From Candidatus Iainarchaeum sp. (GTDB taxonomy: Archaea > Micrarchaeota > Micrarchaeia > Anstonellales > Bilamarchaeaceae), in NCBI GenBank assembly GCA_028714535.1, contig JAQTME010000005.1:2781-66780 (forward strand): DNA of 64,000 nucleotides, in the 5' to 3' direction. Below are positions 1 to 9,555 of the stretch, one piece after another. The position numbers and the translations under genes were made by a program. The notes beneath the pieces are model-generated. The model had not been told where the DNA came from. It made no database searches and was given only the letters and a program-made list of their open reading frames with translations. How positions within the stretch are numbered: the first letter of the stretch is position 1; every line of letters begins with the position of its first letter.

Positions 1-3000
1 GTTGTTCGCGCACCACTGGATGCCCGCGAGCATCGCGCTGCCGGGGCAGCTGCCGCCTGCGTTGCAGACCTTGACCATGGCTATCTTCGCGCCAGGCGCC
101 ACTCCCCTGTAAGTGGCGTCCATGGACGCCACGATGCCTGCGACGTGCGAGCCGTGGCCGTTGTCGTCCATCGGGTTGCTGTCATTGTTGATGTAGTCGT
201 AGCCGCCGACGACCTTGGCGTTGGGGAACGTGAGGTAGCCGCCGAAGTCAGGGTGCGTGTAGTTTATGCCTGTGTCGATGATGCACACGGTCTGGCCCGT
301 GCCGTTCATGCTGCTGCCGTTCACGGTGATGTTCCAGACTTCAGGCGCGTTTATGTGCGGCACGGAAACGTCCAGCGCTATGTGCAGCTCCCGGTCGTAG
401 CTCACGCTTTCCACTGCCGGATTGTCGAGGAGCTTCTGCAGCCCGTCAGGCGTTGCCCGGCCGGAGAAGCCGTTTATTATCGTGTAGCGGTAGACGGGCT
501 GGAACTCTCCTGCGGAAAGCGTGGAGAGGACGGCGGCCTGGCTGTCGCCCATCGCCGCGGCTATGCTTGCCTGGCCTGCAGGTTCCACGTCCTTCAGCTT
601 GACTATGACAGGAACTGAGCCGTCCCTGGCTGCCATGCCCTGCAGCGAAAGCTTGCCTGCCGGGGCGATGCCGGGCAGCGGGTCCAGGGTTGCGGTCACG
701 TTGCCGCACGGCCCGCCGATGCACTGCGTGGTGGTGGTGATGTTGAACGTGCCGTTCAGCCGCAGGGACGAGGATGTGACGTTGATGATGGAGGAGATGA
801 GGATGCCCTGCTGCTGGACGAAGAGGTCATAGACCCCGCCCGCGTTGCCATAGAGCTCGTCCACGCCCACGTAATACGTGCCGTTCTGCGCGGCCCTGAA
901 CATTATCCGGCTGGAGACGTTCACCCCGGTGACGATGTCGTCGCTGTATGCGAGCGCGGTCCCGGACGCGTTGAAAAGGGCCATTTCCGTGTCTATGATG
1001 CCGGAGCTGTTCCGCGTCACGGTCTGCACTATATACGTATAGCCGGCCGTTGCGTTGAACTTCACGTAATCGACGTCAGAGGTGCTGTGGAAGTTGTGCC
1101 TCTGCATGCTGCCGTTGGCCGGTATCCAGTTCGCCTGGCCCAGGGAATCGTCGGGCTCGTAGGCGTCGGGCGCGAGGGCCGTGAGCGTGAAGGTGGACAT
1201 GTTGGTGGCGTTGTTGCCAGGCGGCGGGCTTGCGAAGTCGTAGGCCAGGACCGCCATGCCGTATGCGCCCGGGGGTATGGACGTGGTGTTGAACGTGCAC
1301 CGGTAGAGCTCGCTGCCTGGGGATACCGCGCTGCAGTTGGCAGTGTTGTTGGTCACGTTGCCGCTGGATGCGTCATAGCTGTACTGGTTGCCGGTGTAGT
1401 TCAGGATTATCAGGATGTAGCTTGGCTCGGTGCCGGTGCCGTTCACTGTGAGGTTGACCGCGAGGGGCCTGGAGCCGAGCATGACCGAGCCGTTGGCCGG
1501 GCTGATTATGCTTATTATGGGGGTGAGGTTCTCGCTGACGTTGTAGCCCGAGAAGCCGCCCACGCTGAACGTGAGGTTGCCCTGGGGCACGTAGCCAGGG
1601 GACCAGAGGCACTTGCCGGTGGACATGCAGGACGGGGCGTCGATGAACGCGCTGCACGAAGGCACGATGTCCACGCATGAAGAGCCGGTCCAGTTGCACC
1701 AGGGCATGAGGTCGCACGTGACGTGGGGCTTGCCGGTGCAGGTCGGGGCGCTCGTGTTTAGGTAGCAGGTCCCGCCGCTCGGCGCCTGGGTGTAGCCAGG
1801 GCTCCAGCTGATGTTGGAGATGCCGGCCTGGCGCGACGAGTTTTCCGCTACCACCGGCGGCTGGGACGCGAACGGCAGTTTGTACATGCTGACCGTGGCG
1901 TTGGTGTCCAGCTCCTGGAAGTAGGACGTGTTGACGTATACCACCGACGGCTGGAACGAGTGCGGCGAGCCTATGTCTATCCGTATGGCAAAGCCGAGGT
2001 TGCGTAGCTTGTCCGCGGATTCCTGCGTGGAAAGGTTGACCGAGGTCAGGTTTATGACGGCCATGCTGCCGAATGACGTGGGCGCCCCGGGGTTGCCGGA
2101 CATGCACGACATGTTGCCCTCCACCTGGATGATGAAGTTTATCCGGTTGAAGTCCAGCTCGCGCGTGAAGTTGGTGGTGAGGTTGCCGAAGCGGGTGCAG
2201 TTGGTGCCGTTGCCCATGTCAGGCACGCCCAGGTTGTGCACCAGGATGCCTGTGCCGTTGACGTTCCAGTTGCCGCCGTTGTCGGTGGCGTTTATGAATA
2301 TGAACGTGAAGTTGATGCCGGTGGCGTGGGCGATGTACTGGCTTATGTTGCACGTGCCGCCCCACAGGCCCGTGGCGTTGTCGTATGTGAGGTTGAAGAT
2401 GCCGCCGCAGGCGCTGTCGTTTATTTCGGAGAAGTCCGCGGTCACCGTGGCCACGCCGCCCGGGTCCGTGGCGTTGACCGAGAGGTTGACCAGGCCGTCG
2501 TAGGAGGAGAAGAAGATGTCCGGGTTCGCCACGCGCGCGTCTATCATGGGCCCCTGGGTGTCCACTGAGACGTTCCAGGAGGCGATGTCGGCGTTCACGT
2601 AGTCGCGCGCCTCGTAGCCCATGAAGTATCCGCCGCTCGTCCAAAGCCACACCAATGGCAGGTTGGACGATGAGTTGGCAGGATAGAAGACGGTGATGTT
2701 GGAATTGTTGTTGTATGTTTTTTCGCCCGAAGTGGTGTTGAAGTGGATGAGCTGGGGGATGAATCCGGTGTCGTTGGCCGGGCTTATCAGGCTGGTGTTG
2801 AGCGCGCAGCCCGAGGGGGTGCACCACTGCTCGCTTGTTATGCCCAGGAGGGACTTGTTGTCGCCTCCGGACAGGTTGTAGATGAGCCACATGCGGTATG
2901 GCTTGCTGCAGTTTTCGCCGCAGGAGAACCAGCCTTCGCAGTCCCACGGGGCCGAGGCATTCGGCTTGAGGCAGCCCGGCACAGACGCGGTCGGGCTGTC

Positions 3001-5256
3001 GTTGCCCAGGTCAGGGAACCCGAAATTGAAGTATGCCGAGACGTTCTGGCCGTCGAGCGAGTACGTGTCCTGTCCCCAGGTGACGTTGTAGGAGCCGCTG
3101 GCCGGCAGGTCCCACGACGTGCCCTGCGACTCGTTGGCCGTGTCGCCCCAGCCGATGGCTATGTTGCTCTGGTTGTCGAGCACGAACGGCGTGACCATCC
3201 ACAGGTAGCGGTCCGTCACGTTCACGCGCAGGAGCCAGTTGCTGAAGGGCGACGTGTAGTGCTGCAGGGAAAGCAGCGAGATTGAGGGCGGGACGTTGTC
3301 TATCGTGAGGTTGGGCATGTGCGTCTCGTTATACCCGCTGCTGCCGGACGCGTTCAGCACCAGGCTGTAGTTCTCGCACTCGCCGGCGCAGAACGACGCC
3401 GTGGTCCAGTTGCACAGGAAGACCTCCATGCTGCCGTTCTCCATCGCGCCCGTCCCGTCGCATATGGTGGCGTTGTAGATGTCGTTGAGATAGGCGGAGA
3501 GCGACCAGTTCCCCACGTCAGGGCCCATGATGCGCCCCCAGACCTCGTAAACGCCGCCCACGAACTGCATGAGGGTGCCGCTTATGTTCTCATAGCCCCA
3601 GTAGCCCGGGCGGGTTATCTCCACCATGGGCGGCATGCCGCTCATGTTGCTGTCGAAAATGCCGTAGGTGCCGTTCTCAGACAGGCTGCTTGAGAGCGTG
3701 TTGGCCGACGTGTTCAGCACCGAAAAGGGCACGGAAGACCAGCCGCTGCCGTTGTGGCGGAAGAGCTGGAAGTTGGTCTCGTTGTAGCCCGCAAGCTCGC
3801 CGTCGGACCAGCTCCAGGTGGCGTTGTCTATCCAGACATTGGAGATGTTGAATAGGAGGTACTTGCCTGCGAACGATATCGCGTCGGGGGGCAGGGTGCC
3901 CGTGCCGTTGCTCCAGTTGATGGTGTAGTTCCCGATCAGGGCCTCGATGGTGTTGTTTATGGAGAGCGTGGTGTTGGCCGATGCGTTCCCGAACACCACC
4001 TGCTCCAGGTTGATCGTGAGGAAGTCTGCGAAGGCTGCCTTGTCGAGCCGGAAATCCATGCCGTTGCCCAGGAGCCGGCCGCCGCTGATGACGGTGTTGT
4101 TGGAGTCGAGGTTGTAGATGCCGAGGGTGTTGTTGTAGGCGGTGTTGTTGGCCAGGGTGTTGCTTGAGCTGTCGTACAGCTGGAAGCCGCGCGTGTTGTT
4201 CCAGGCGAGGTTGCCGCTGAGCAGGTTGCCTGACACGGAGGCGTTGAGGCTGAATCCGCTCTGGTTATTGCCATATGCGCTGTTGTTGGCCAGGGTGTTG
4301 CCGTCGCAGCCGGTGCCGTAAAGGAAGAAGCCGTTGGCGTTGTTGTAGGCGGAGTTGTTGGTGGCGTTGTTGCCGGTTGAGTCCCAGGTGAAGCTAAACC
4401 CGGAGTTGGCGTTGTTGTAGGCGGTGTTGTTGGCCACTGTGTTGGAGGGGGAGCTGTCGAAGGCGAACCCTATCCTGTTGCGGTAAGCCGTGTTGTTGAT
4501 GACGGTGTTGCCGGAGGCGTATTCGAGGTAGTAGCCCTCCATCACGTTGTCGTAGGCGCTGTTGTTGACGAGGATGCTGTCGCTGAGGGAGCTGAGGTAG
4601 AATGCGCTATCGCCGGTGGTGTTGCAGACGGTGTTGTTGATGAGGGAGTTGTTGGAGCCGGAGGCTGAAAAGGCAACGGGGCCGCTGAAGCAGACGATGT
4701 TGTTTGCGAAGGAGTTGAAGTTCCCGTTGCTCTGGACGCCGGGGCTGCCGTTGTATGCCGCATTGCCAGTGATATTGTTGCCGGAGCTCGCGACGAGGCG
4801 GAAGCCGGTGCCGGAGAGGATTGCGGTGTTGTTGGCCAGGGTGTTGTTGTTGGATGAATCGAGATAAAATCCGGTGTTGGAGTTGTTGTAGGCGTTGCTG
4901 TTGGCGACGGTTGTGTTGTTGGACTGGTAGGCATAGACGCCGGTGGTGTACTGGCTCACGTTCCGGCAGTTCCTCACCGTGACGTTGGTCAGGGAGCCGT
5001 TGAGCAGGATGCCGTAGGTCGTGCCGGCGGTGCCGTTGTTAGTGATGCTGAAGCCGGCGCAGTCGAATACCACGTTGGATGCGGCTATCTTGACGCAGGC
5101 GGTGCCTGACAGCGGCGATGCGTTGTTTGGCGCGCCGGCGTAATCATCAGTCATGTTGGCGCTGGCGGCGATAGGGGCTGGGCAGTCCGCTGCGAATGCC
5201 ACGCCGTTCAGAAGCAGGAGGGACCCCAGAAGAAAGAATATGCAGTTCATTCGCAT
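1..5256 (-). CDS. Giant secreted multidomain protein (partial, >1752 aa, runs off left edge): signal peptide, parallel beta-helix (PbH1/NosD-like) repeats, Ig-like and Cys-rich segments, PPC-like domain, I9-like prodomain, S8 subtilase
   Basis: Hand translation from ATG 5256: MRMNCIFFLLGSLLLLNGVAFA (signal). Then NNT/ANN/AYNN beta-helix repeats, DAYEPDDSLGQA...DVDYVKF (PPC-like), YTIINGFSG (I9-like), CIIDTGINYTHPD (Asp at 274-276) and DDNGHGSHVAG (His at 154-156). The frame is the same at both ends and at sampled interior points. It is absent from the ORF track, consistent with no stop inside the window. Confidence 0.9.
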   Translation of the reverse strand, partial: MRMNCIFFLLGSLLLLNGVAFAADCPAPIAASANMTDDYAGAPNNASPLSGTACVKIAASNVVFDCAGFSITNNGTAGTTYGILLNGSLTNVTVRNCRNVSQYTTGVYAYQSNNTTVANSNAYNNSNTGFYLDSSNNNTLANNTAILSGTGFRLVASSGNNITGNAAYNGSPGVQSNGNFNSFANNIVCFSGPVAFSASGSNNSLINNTVCNTTGDSAFYLSSLSDSILVNNSAYDNVMEGYYLEYASGNTVINNTAYRNRIGFAFDSSPSNTVANNTAYNNANSGFSFTWDSTGNNATNNSAYNNANGFFLYGTGCDGNTLANNSAYGNNQSGFSLNASVSGNLLSGNLAWNNTRGFQLYDSSSNTLANNTAYNNTLGIYNLDSNNTVISGGRLLGNGMDFRLDKAAFADFLTINLEQVVFGNASANTTLSINNTIEALIGNYTINWSNGTGTLPPDAISFAGKYLLFNISNVWIDNATWSWSDGELAGYNETNFQLFRHNGSGWSSVPFSVLNTSANTLSSSLSENGTYGIFDSNMSGMPPMVEITRPGYWGYENISGTLMQFVGGVYEVWGRIMGPDVGNWSLSAYLNDIYNATICDGTGAMENGSMEVFLCNWTTASFCAGECENYSLVLNASGSSGYNETHMPNLTIDNVPPSISLLSLQHYTSPFSNWLLRVNVTDRYLWMVTPFVLDNQSNIAIGWGDTANESQGTSWDLPASGSYNVTWGQDTYSLDGQNVSAYFNFGFPDLGNDSPTASVPGCLKPNASAPWDCEGWFSCGENCSKPYRMWLIYNLSGGDNKSLLGITSEQWCTPSGCALNTSLISPANDTGFIPQLIHFNTTSGEKTYNNNSNITVFYPANSSSNLPLVWLWTSGGYFMGYEARDYVNADIASWNVSVDTQGPMIDARVANPDIFFSSYDGLVNLSVNATDPGGVATVTADFSEINDSACGGIFNLTYDNATGLWGGTCNISQYIAHATGINFTFIFINATDNGGNWNVNGTGILVHNLGVPDMGNGTNCTRFGNLTTNFTRELDFNRINFIIQVEGNMSCMSGNPGAPTSFGSMAVINLTSVNLSTQESADKLRNLGFAIRIDIGSPHSFQPSVVYVNTSYFQELDTNATVSMYKLPFASQPPVVAENSSRQAGISNISWSPGYTQAPSGGTCYLNTSAPTCTGKPHVTCDLMPWCNWTGSSCVDIVPSCSAFIDAPSCMSTGKCLWSPGYVPQGNLTFSVGGFSGYNVSENLTPIISIISPANGSVMLGSRPLAVNLTVNGTGTEPSYILIILNYTGNQYSYDASSGNVTNNTANCSAVSPGSELYRCTFNTTSIPPGAYGMAVLAYDFASPPPGNNATNMSTFTLTALAPDAYEPDDSLGQANWIPANGSMQRHNFHSTSDVDYVKFNATAGYTYIVQTVTRNSSGIIDTEMALFNASGTALAYSDDIVTGVNVSSRIMFRAAQNGTYYVGVDELYGNAGGVYDLFVQQQGILISSIINVTSSSLRLNGTFNITTTTQCIGGPCGNVTATLDPLPGIAPAGKLSLQGMAARDGSVPVIVKLKDVEPAGQASIAAAMGDSQAAVLSTLSAGEFQPVYRYTIINGFSGRATPDGLQKLLDNPAVESVSYDRELHIALDVSVPHINAPEVWNITVNGSSMNGTGQTVCIIDTGINYTHPDFGGYLTFPNAKVVGGYDYINNDSNPMDDNGHGSHVAGIVASMDATYRGVAPGAKIAMVKVCNAGGSCPGSAMLAGIQWCANN

Positions 5257-5295
5257 GGCTGAAAAACCGCGGGCTATATTTATATATAGTGCCCG

Positions 5296-5958
5296 TCAGG
5301 CGCGTTTTCTCGTCTCGAAACATGCGCTTTCAATCTCTGCCACTCCGCGCACGCCGTCCCATGACTTCTTCCATTTTTTTATCCTTATGCGCTTTTTGAA
5401 GAACGGCGCGTCGGCCACGAACGTCTCCCCCTCGCCGCCTTCCAGGAACGGGTGGATGCCTGGCTTTTTGCCTGATGCCATGGCGTCTGCCAGCTTCCTG
5501 AACGGCTCGCCCAGGAATTCCGGGCCGAGCCCTTCTGCCGAGACGGCTGTGACGTAAATCTCGAAGTTGCCGAGGAGCTCTTCCATCAGGCCGCTGCCCT
5601 GGCCCTTGTGCCACAAAGGCGCGTATGTCGGTATGTGGAGCTTCTCGCCGATGGCGTCGATGCGCCTGCGCTGGTACTCGCTTTCCACCGCGCCGGTCGC
5701 GATGCCCCCGGCCTTCATGCGGCGGAACGCCTTCGTGAGCCGGGCATCCCAGTTCTTTTCGGTCACGCTGACGAAAAGTTGCTTCAGGCCCATGGCCTCT
5801 GCCTGCATCTTCGTCCACCTGATGTTCGGGTGGTGGAACATCATCGAATAGTCCGGCGGCCTGACGGTGACCAATGTCACGTCGAAGCCGTGCATCATGG
5901 CCCAGAATGCGGCCATCACGCTGTCCTTGCCCCCGGAGAAAAGAACAGCGACGCGCAT
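5296..5958 (-). CDS. dph6: Diphthine--ammonia ligase (Dph6-like PP-loop ATPase)
   Basis: N-terminal VAVLFSGGKDS PP-loop, SMMFH, GAVESEYQ and EGGEGET motifs. Confidence 0.85.
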   Translation of the reverse strand: MRVAVLFSGGKDSVMAAFWAMMHGFDVTLVTVRPPDYSMMFHHPNIRWTKMQAEAMGLKQLFVSVTEKNWDARLTKAFRRMKAGGIATGAVESEYQRRRIDAIGEKLHIPTYAPLWHKGQGSGLMEELLGNFEIYVTAVSAEGLGPEFLGEPFRKLADAMASGKKPGIHPFLEGGEGETFVADAPFFKKRIRIKKWKKSWDGVRGVAEIESACFETRKRA

Positions 5959-5991
5959 GCGTTAATAAGGAAACCGCTGTTATAAAAATAT

Positions 5992-6762
5992 ATGATAAAG
6001 GCTGTGATATTCGACCTTGACGGGACGCTCTACCGCGGCAAGACGCCATTGCCCGGCGCTGCGGAGACACTGGACGCGCTGCGCGGCAGGGGCGTGAAGG
6101 CGCTCTTCCTCACCAACGCCGCGACAATGGGCAGGGCAGAGGTCGCCGCGAAGCTCAACGGCATGGGGCTGCGCGCGAAGAAGGAGGACGTCTATTGCGG
6201 CGCGTACCTGCTCGCGCGCTACATCGCGCAGAACCACAAGGGGAACCCCGTTTACGTCGTCGGGGAGAAGGGGATTTTCGACGAGCTGAAGGAGATGGGC
6301 ATAACCACGGTGGAGGAGGGCGCGGGCGTGGTCGCGGTGGGGCTGGACAGGAGATTCACCTATGACAAGCTCGCGAAGGCGCATCTCGCGCTGAAGCGCG
6401 GCGCGGTGTTCCTCGCGTCCAACACGGACGCGACGTTCCCTGTGGAGGGCGGAGAGCTGCCCGGCGCGGGCGGCATGGTCGCTGCCATAGAGAAGGTTTC
6501 GGGGAAACGGCCGCACGTGACAGGCAAGCCCAACCCCTACGTGATGGAACTCATAGAGAAGGAGCACGGGCTTAAGAAACAGGAGATAATGGTCGTGGGC
6601 GACAGGCTGGAGACCGACATAGCGTTCGCGAGGAACTGCGGGGTCAAGTCCGCGCTGGTCCTGAGCGGAGCGTCGAAAAAGGAGGACATAAGGGAAAACG
6701 GCATGCGCCCTGACTACGTGTTCGGAAGCGTCGCCGAGCTGATCAGCGCCGTGCTGCCCTAA
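5992..6762 (+). CDS. HAD-IIA (NagD-like) hydrolase
   Basis: FDLDGTLY motif I, FLTN, GKPNP and VVGDRLETDI motifs. Confidence 0.92.
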   Translation: MIKAVIFDLDGTLYRGKTPLPGAAETLDALRGRGVKALFLTNAATMGRAEVAAKLNGMGLRAKKEDVYCGAYLLARYIAQNHKGNPVYVVGEKGIFDELKEMGITTVEEGAGVVAVGLDRRFTYDKLAKAHLALKRGAVFLASNTDATFPVEGGELPGAGGMVAAIEKVSGKRPHVTGKPNPYVMELIEKEHGLKKQEIMVVGDRLETDIAFARNCGVKSALVLSGASKKEDIRENGMRPDYVFGSVAELISAVLP

Positions 6763-7046
6763 TCTTCCATCAGGTCGCGTATGGCGTCGCTCGGGATCTC
6801 CGGCGTGAACAGGCTCTCGTCTATGTTGACAAGGGGCGCCTGGTCGCTGGACGAGCTGGACGAGGACGACGGCTGCGACGATGCTGCGTTCGGGTCCACG
6901 ATGCTGTAGTTTATCTGCATCGCGCTCCCGCACCTCGAGCACTTGCCCGAAAGGATGAGTTCCTTCATGTCGAGCTCGCTGTTTATGTTCACGTTCGCTT
7001 CAAATCCGCAGCTTGAGCACTTTATGGTCCTTCTGAGGTCGGTCAT
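6759..7046 (-). CDS. Small zinc-ribbon protein with Ser-rich linker
   Basis: CSSC...CSRC pairs, poly-Ser tract, acidic C-terminus. Start assumed at MTDLRR. Confidence 0.65.
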   Translation of the reverse strand: MTDLRRTIKCSSCGFEANVNINSELDMKELILSGKCSRCGSAMQINYSIVDPNAASSQPSSSSSSSSDQAPLVNIDESLFTPEIPSDAIRDLMED

Positions 7047-7107
7047 GCCATCACCCTGCACGCGTATCTCATGCTTATTTTATAATATTGAGCATGGGCG
7101 GGCCGTT

Positions 7108-7647
7108 TTACTTCGGCTTCCCGCCCACCTGGTCCTTCAGCATGGCCAGGAAGTGCCTGATGAAGCGCGCGATTGATGAGAGCACTGACTTGGAGGCGAA
7201 CACGATTATGGCCGCGAGCAGCCAGTTCATGGGGAACAGGAAGATGTAGACCGCTAAAAGGAGCCCGTAGAACAGGGCGAACCCGATGATCGTGCCCACG
7301 ATGTCGCCGACGAACTTGGCTGGCGCGGTCGTGTATCCCTTGCCTGAAAGCCAGAATTCCACCAGGTTGAAGAACTCCCTGCCGGCGAAAAGGAATAGTG
7401 CTGCCACGAGGGCTATGCCGCCGAAAAGCCACGCGCCGGTGGCCATGAGGAAGAACGCCGCGATGGCTGCCAGCCAGCCCAGGATCGCCAGTGCCGTGAC
7501 TATGAGCTCGCACCAGGCCTCCACAAGCCATATGATGATGCCCCAGATGCCAAGGAGGGGCTTGACAAGGAACCCTGCGATGTCCTCGACGAACTTTATC
7601 GGGCCGTTGAATATTCCGACCGCGTCCTTCGCTTCCATGGCAACCAC
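7108..7647 (-). CDS. Hypothetical multi-pass membrane protein
   Basis: About 4-5 hydrophobic helices, host-like codon usage, fills the space between neighbours. Confidence 0.7.
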   Translation of the reverse strand: MVAMEAKDAVGIFNGPIKFVEDIAGFLVKPLLGIWGIIIWLVEAWCELIVTALAILGWLAAIAAFFLMATGAWLFGGIALVAALFLFAGREFFNLVEFWLSGKGYTTAPAKFVGDIVGTIIGFALFYGLLLAVYIFLFPMNWLLAAIIVFASKSVLSSIARFIRHFLAMLKDQVGGKPK

Positions 7648-7675
7648 GTTCAGGCAAATGATTTAAGCGTTTCTC

Positions 7676-8227
7676 TCACAGCTGGATTACGCGCTTGTCA
7701 GTCACTATCTCGTCCATGCGCTCGTCATCGTCGTGCACCGGCAGCCGCTCGACCACCTGGAAGTCGAAGCATATGCCGATGCGGTAGGCGGGCGACTGCG
7801 CGAGGTAACGGTCGTAATACCCCTTGCCATAGCCGAGGCGGTGCATGCACAGCCCGAACGACACGCCCGGGACGACGACCACGTCCGGCTCGCGCGACGC
7901 CTGGCTGCACATCTTCGGCGCTGGTATGCCGAACCTGTCCGGCTCCAGCTCCTCGAACGACGTGAAGCGGCAGAAGTGGATGTCATGATTAGTGGTAGGC
8001 ACGAGCACCTCCTTGCCGGCGGCCAGCGCGTGCCTTATCATCCGCGTGGTGTCCGCCTCGTTTCCTTTCGGGACGTAGAACGCGACCGTCTTCGCCTCGG
8101 CGAAGCGCGGGCGGAGGAAGAGCCTTTCCATTATGGCCGCGCTCATGGATTCGACTGTGCCCTTCGGCAGCGCGTCCCGCGTGGAGAGCATCTTTCTGCG
8201 CAACGCCTCCTTGAGGTGCCTGACCAT
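7676..8227 (-). CDS. 5-formyltetrahydrofolate cyclo-ligase
   Basis: KEALRRKM N-terminus, VVVPGVSF...RLGYGKGYYDRYL, HDDDERMDEIVT. Start taken at MVRHLK. Confidence 0.92.
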   Translation of the reverse strand: MVRHLKEALRRKMLSTRDALPKGTVESMSAAIMERLFLRPRFAEAKTVAFYVPKGNEADTTRMIRHALAAGKEVLVPTTNHDIHFCRFTSFEELEPDRFGIPAPKMCSQASREPDVVVVPGVSFGLCMHRLGYGKGYYDRYLAQSPAYRIGICFDFQVVERLPVHDDDERMDEIVTDKRVIQL

Positions 8228-8279
8228 CGCATGATAATGCGCTCGAACAGTTAAAAAACGTTCGAGCGGAGAGGTTTGC

Positions 8280-8837
8280 ATGGACGGGACTGTGAAATAC
8301 ATATTCGAGGCAGGCATGCTCAAGCGCGTGGCGCGCAGCGGCTGGTGGGCCGAGAAAATCGGGCAGCCGGAGAGCGTCGCCGACCATTCGTTCCGCACCG
8401 CGGTGATAGCGTTCATCCTCGCACGGATGGAGAGGCTGGATGCGGAACGGCTGTGCACGGCCGCGGCCTTCCACGACATGCACGAGGCGCGGCTGTCCGA
8501 CCTGAACAAGATAACCGCGAGGTACATAACGGTCAGCGAGAAGCTGGAACGGCGCGTCGAGGCGGACCAGGCGCAGGGGCTGCCGGCAGAACTGCGCGAT
8601 TCCGTGCTCGGCATCCTCAAGCTCACGCCGCGCGAGCGGACGATACTGAAGGACGCGGACTACCTTGAATGCGCTTTCCAGGCGAAGGAGTATTACGACG
8701 TCGGCCACAAGGGAGCGGCCACGTGGATTGGCAACATCGCCGGCAGGCTGAAAACGAAGAGCGCGAAGGCGCTGCTCGCGCGCATGAAGCGCATGGACTC
8801 CAATTCCTGGTGGAAGGGGCTGAAGAAGCTGGATTAG
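8280..8837 (+). CDS. HD-domain hydrolase (YfbR/HDDC2-like 5'-deoxynucleotidase family)
   Basis: LKRVARSGW...ESVADHSFR...HDMHEARLSD...KDADYLE. Confidence 0.88.
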   Translation: MDGTVKYIFEAGMLKRVARSGWWAEKIGQPESVADHSFRTAVIAFILARMERLDAERLCTAAAFHDMHEARLSDLNKITARYITVSEKLERRVEADQAQGLPAELRDSVLGILKLTPRERTILKDADYLECAFQAKEYYDVGHKGAATWIGNIAGRLKTKSAKALLARMKRMDSNSWWKGLKKLD

Positions 8838-9457
8838 ACCTTCTTTATGATGTTTCCCCTTCCACGCTTGAACTTCCTTATTTTTCCGAGCGATTCGAGT
8901 TCAGAGAGTATGAGGCTGAGCTTTGCGTCCGAGAAACCGAGCGATTCCTTGAGCTCCTTCTGCGTGGCCCTGCCTTCGAAACCGTCCAGTGCGCGGAGCA
9001 CGGCTTCCGCATCCTCATCAGGTTCAGCGGTTTTCCGTGCCGCGGGGGCCTCCTGACGCGGCCGGGGGGGTCCACTCGGTCGTCTTGCCCACAGGAAAGC
9101 GCATGCGATTATGAATATGACGAGCAGAGCGACTGTATACGTCATGGGCCAGGCAGGCCTCAGCACCAGGTCCATCGTCTGGTCCTCACCGCCCACTTTC
9201 ACCGCCTCTTCCGCATAGAGGGCCGTGTTGCCGGATTGGTCGTACACGCTCGCAGAAATAGTGTAATTGCCTTCCGGAAGGTAGATGGAATAGTTCGCCT
9301 TGTCGGTGACGAGCTGGTAGGAGAAGGGGCCGTCCACCCTGATGAGCGTGCTGTTGACCTTTTGCAAATCGCCGGAGTAGATGCTGCCGTGGACAAATGC
9401 GGCCGAGCATAGGCTGGCCAGTAGTGCAATGAGCAGAGGTGCCTGCCATAAACGCAT
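8834..9457 (-). CDS. Membrane-anchored winged-HTH protein (signal peptide, extracellular domain, TM helix, cytoplasmic wHTH)
   Basis: N-terminal signal, central TM (VALLVIFIIACAFLW), C-terminal TQKELKESLGFSDAKLSLILSELESLGKIRKFKRGRGN. Confidence 0.8.
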   Translation of the reverse strand: MRLWQAPLLIALLASLCSAAFVHGSIYSGDLQKVNSTLIRVDGPFSYQLVTDKANYSIYLPEGNYTISASVYDQSGNTALYAEEAVKVGGEDQTMDLVLRPAWPMTYTVALLVIFIIACAFLWARRPSGPPRPRQEAPAARKTAEPDEDAEAVLRALDGFEGRATQKELKESLGFSDAKLSLILSELESLGKIRKFKRGRGNIIKKV

Positions 9458-9555
9458 ACGTCGTAATCAGCTTTCCTGATTTATAAAGATATTTTAGAAG
9501 CGTTTCCCGAAAATTTCAATATAAATAAGCGGGTGGAGGGCATAGCGTGATTGAA

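Noticed and set aside
145-4934. Many short ORFs on both strands over the first 5 kb
   Set aside because: They are shadows of the single large minus-strand gene, whose frame gives coherent domain motifs throughout.
4000-5050. Recurring GTTGTT/GTTGTTGGC nucleotide repeats
   Set aside because: They are Asn codons of protein beta-helix repeats, not a CRISPR array or DNA repeat element. There is no constant repeat-spacer period.
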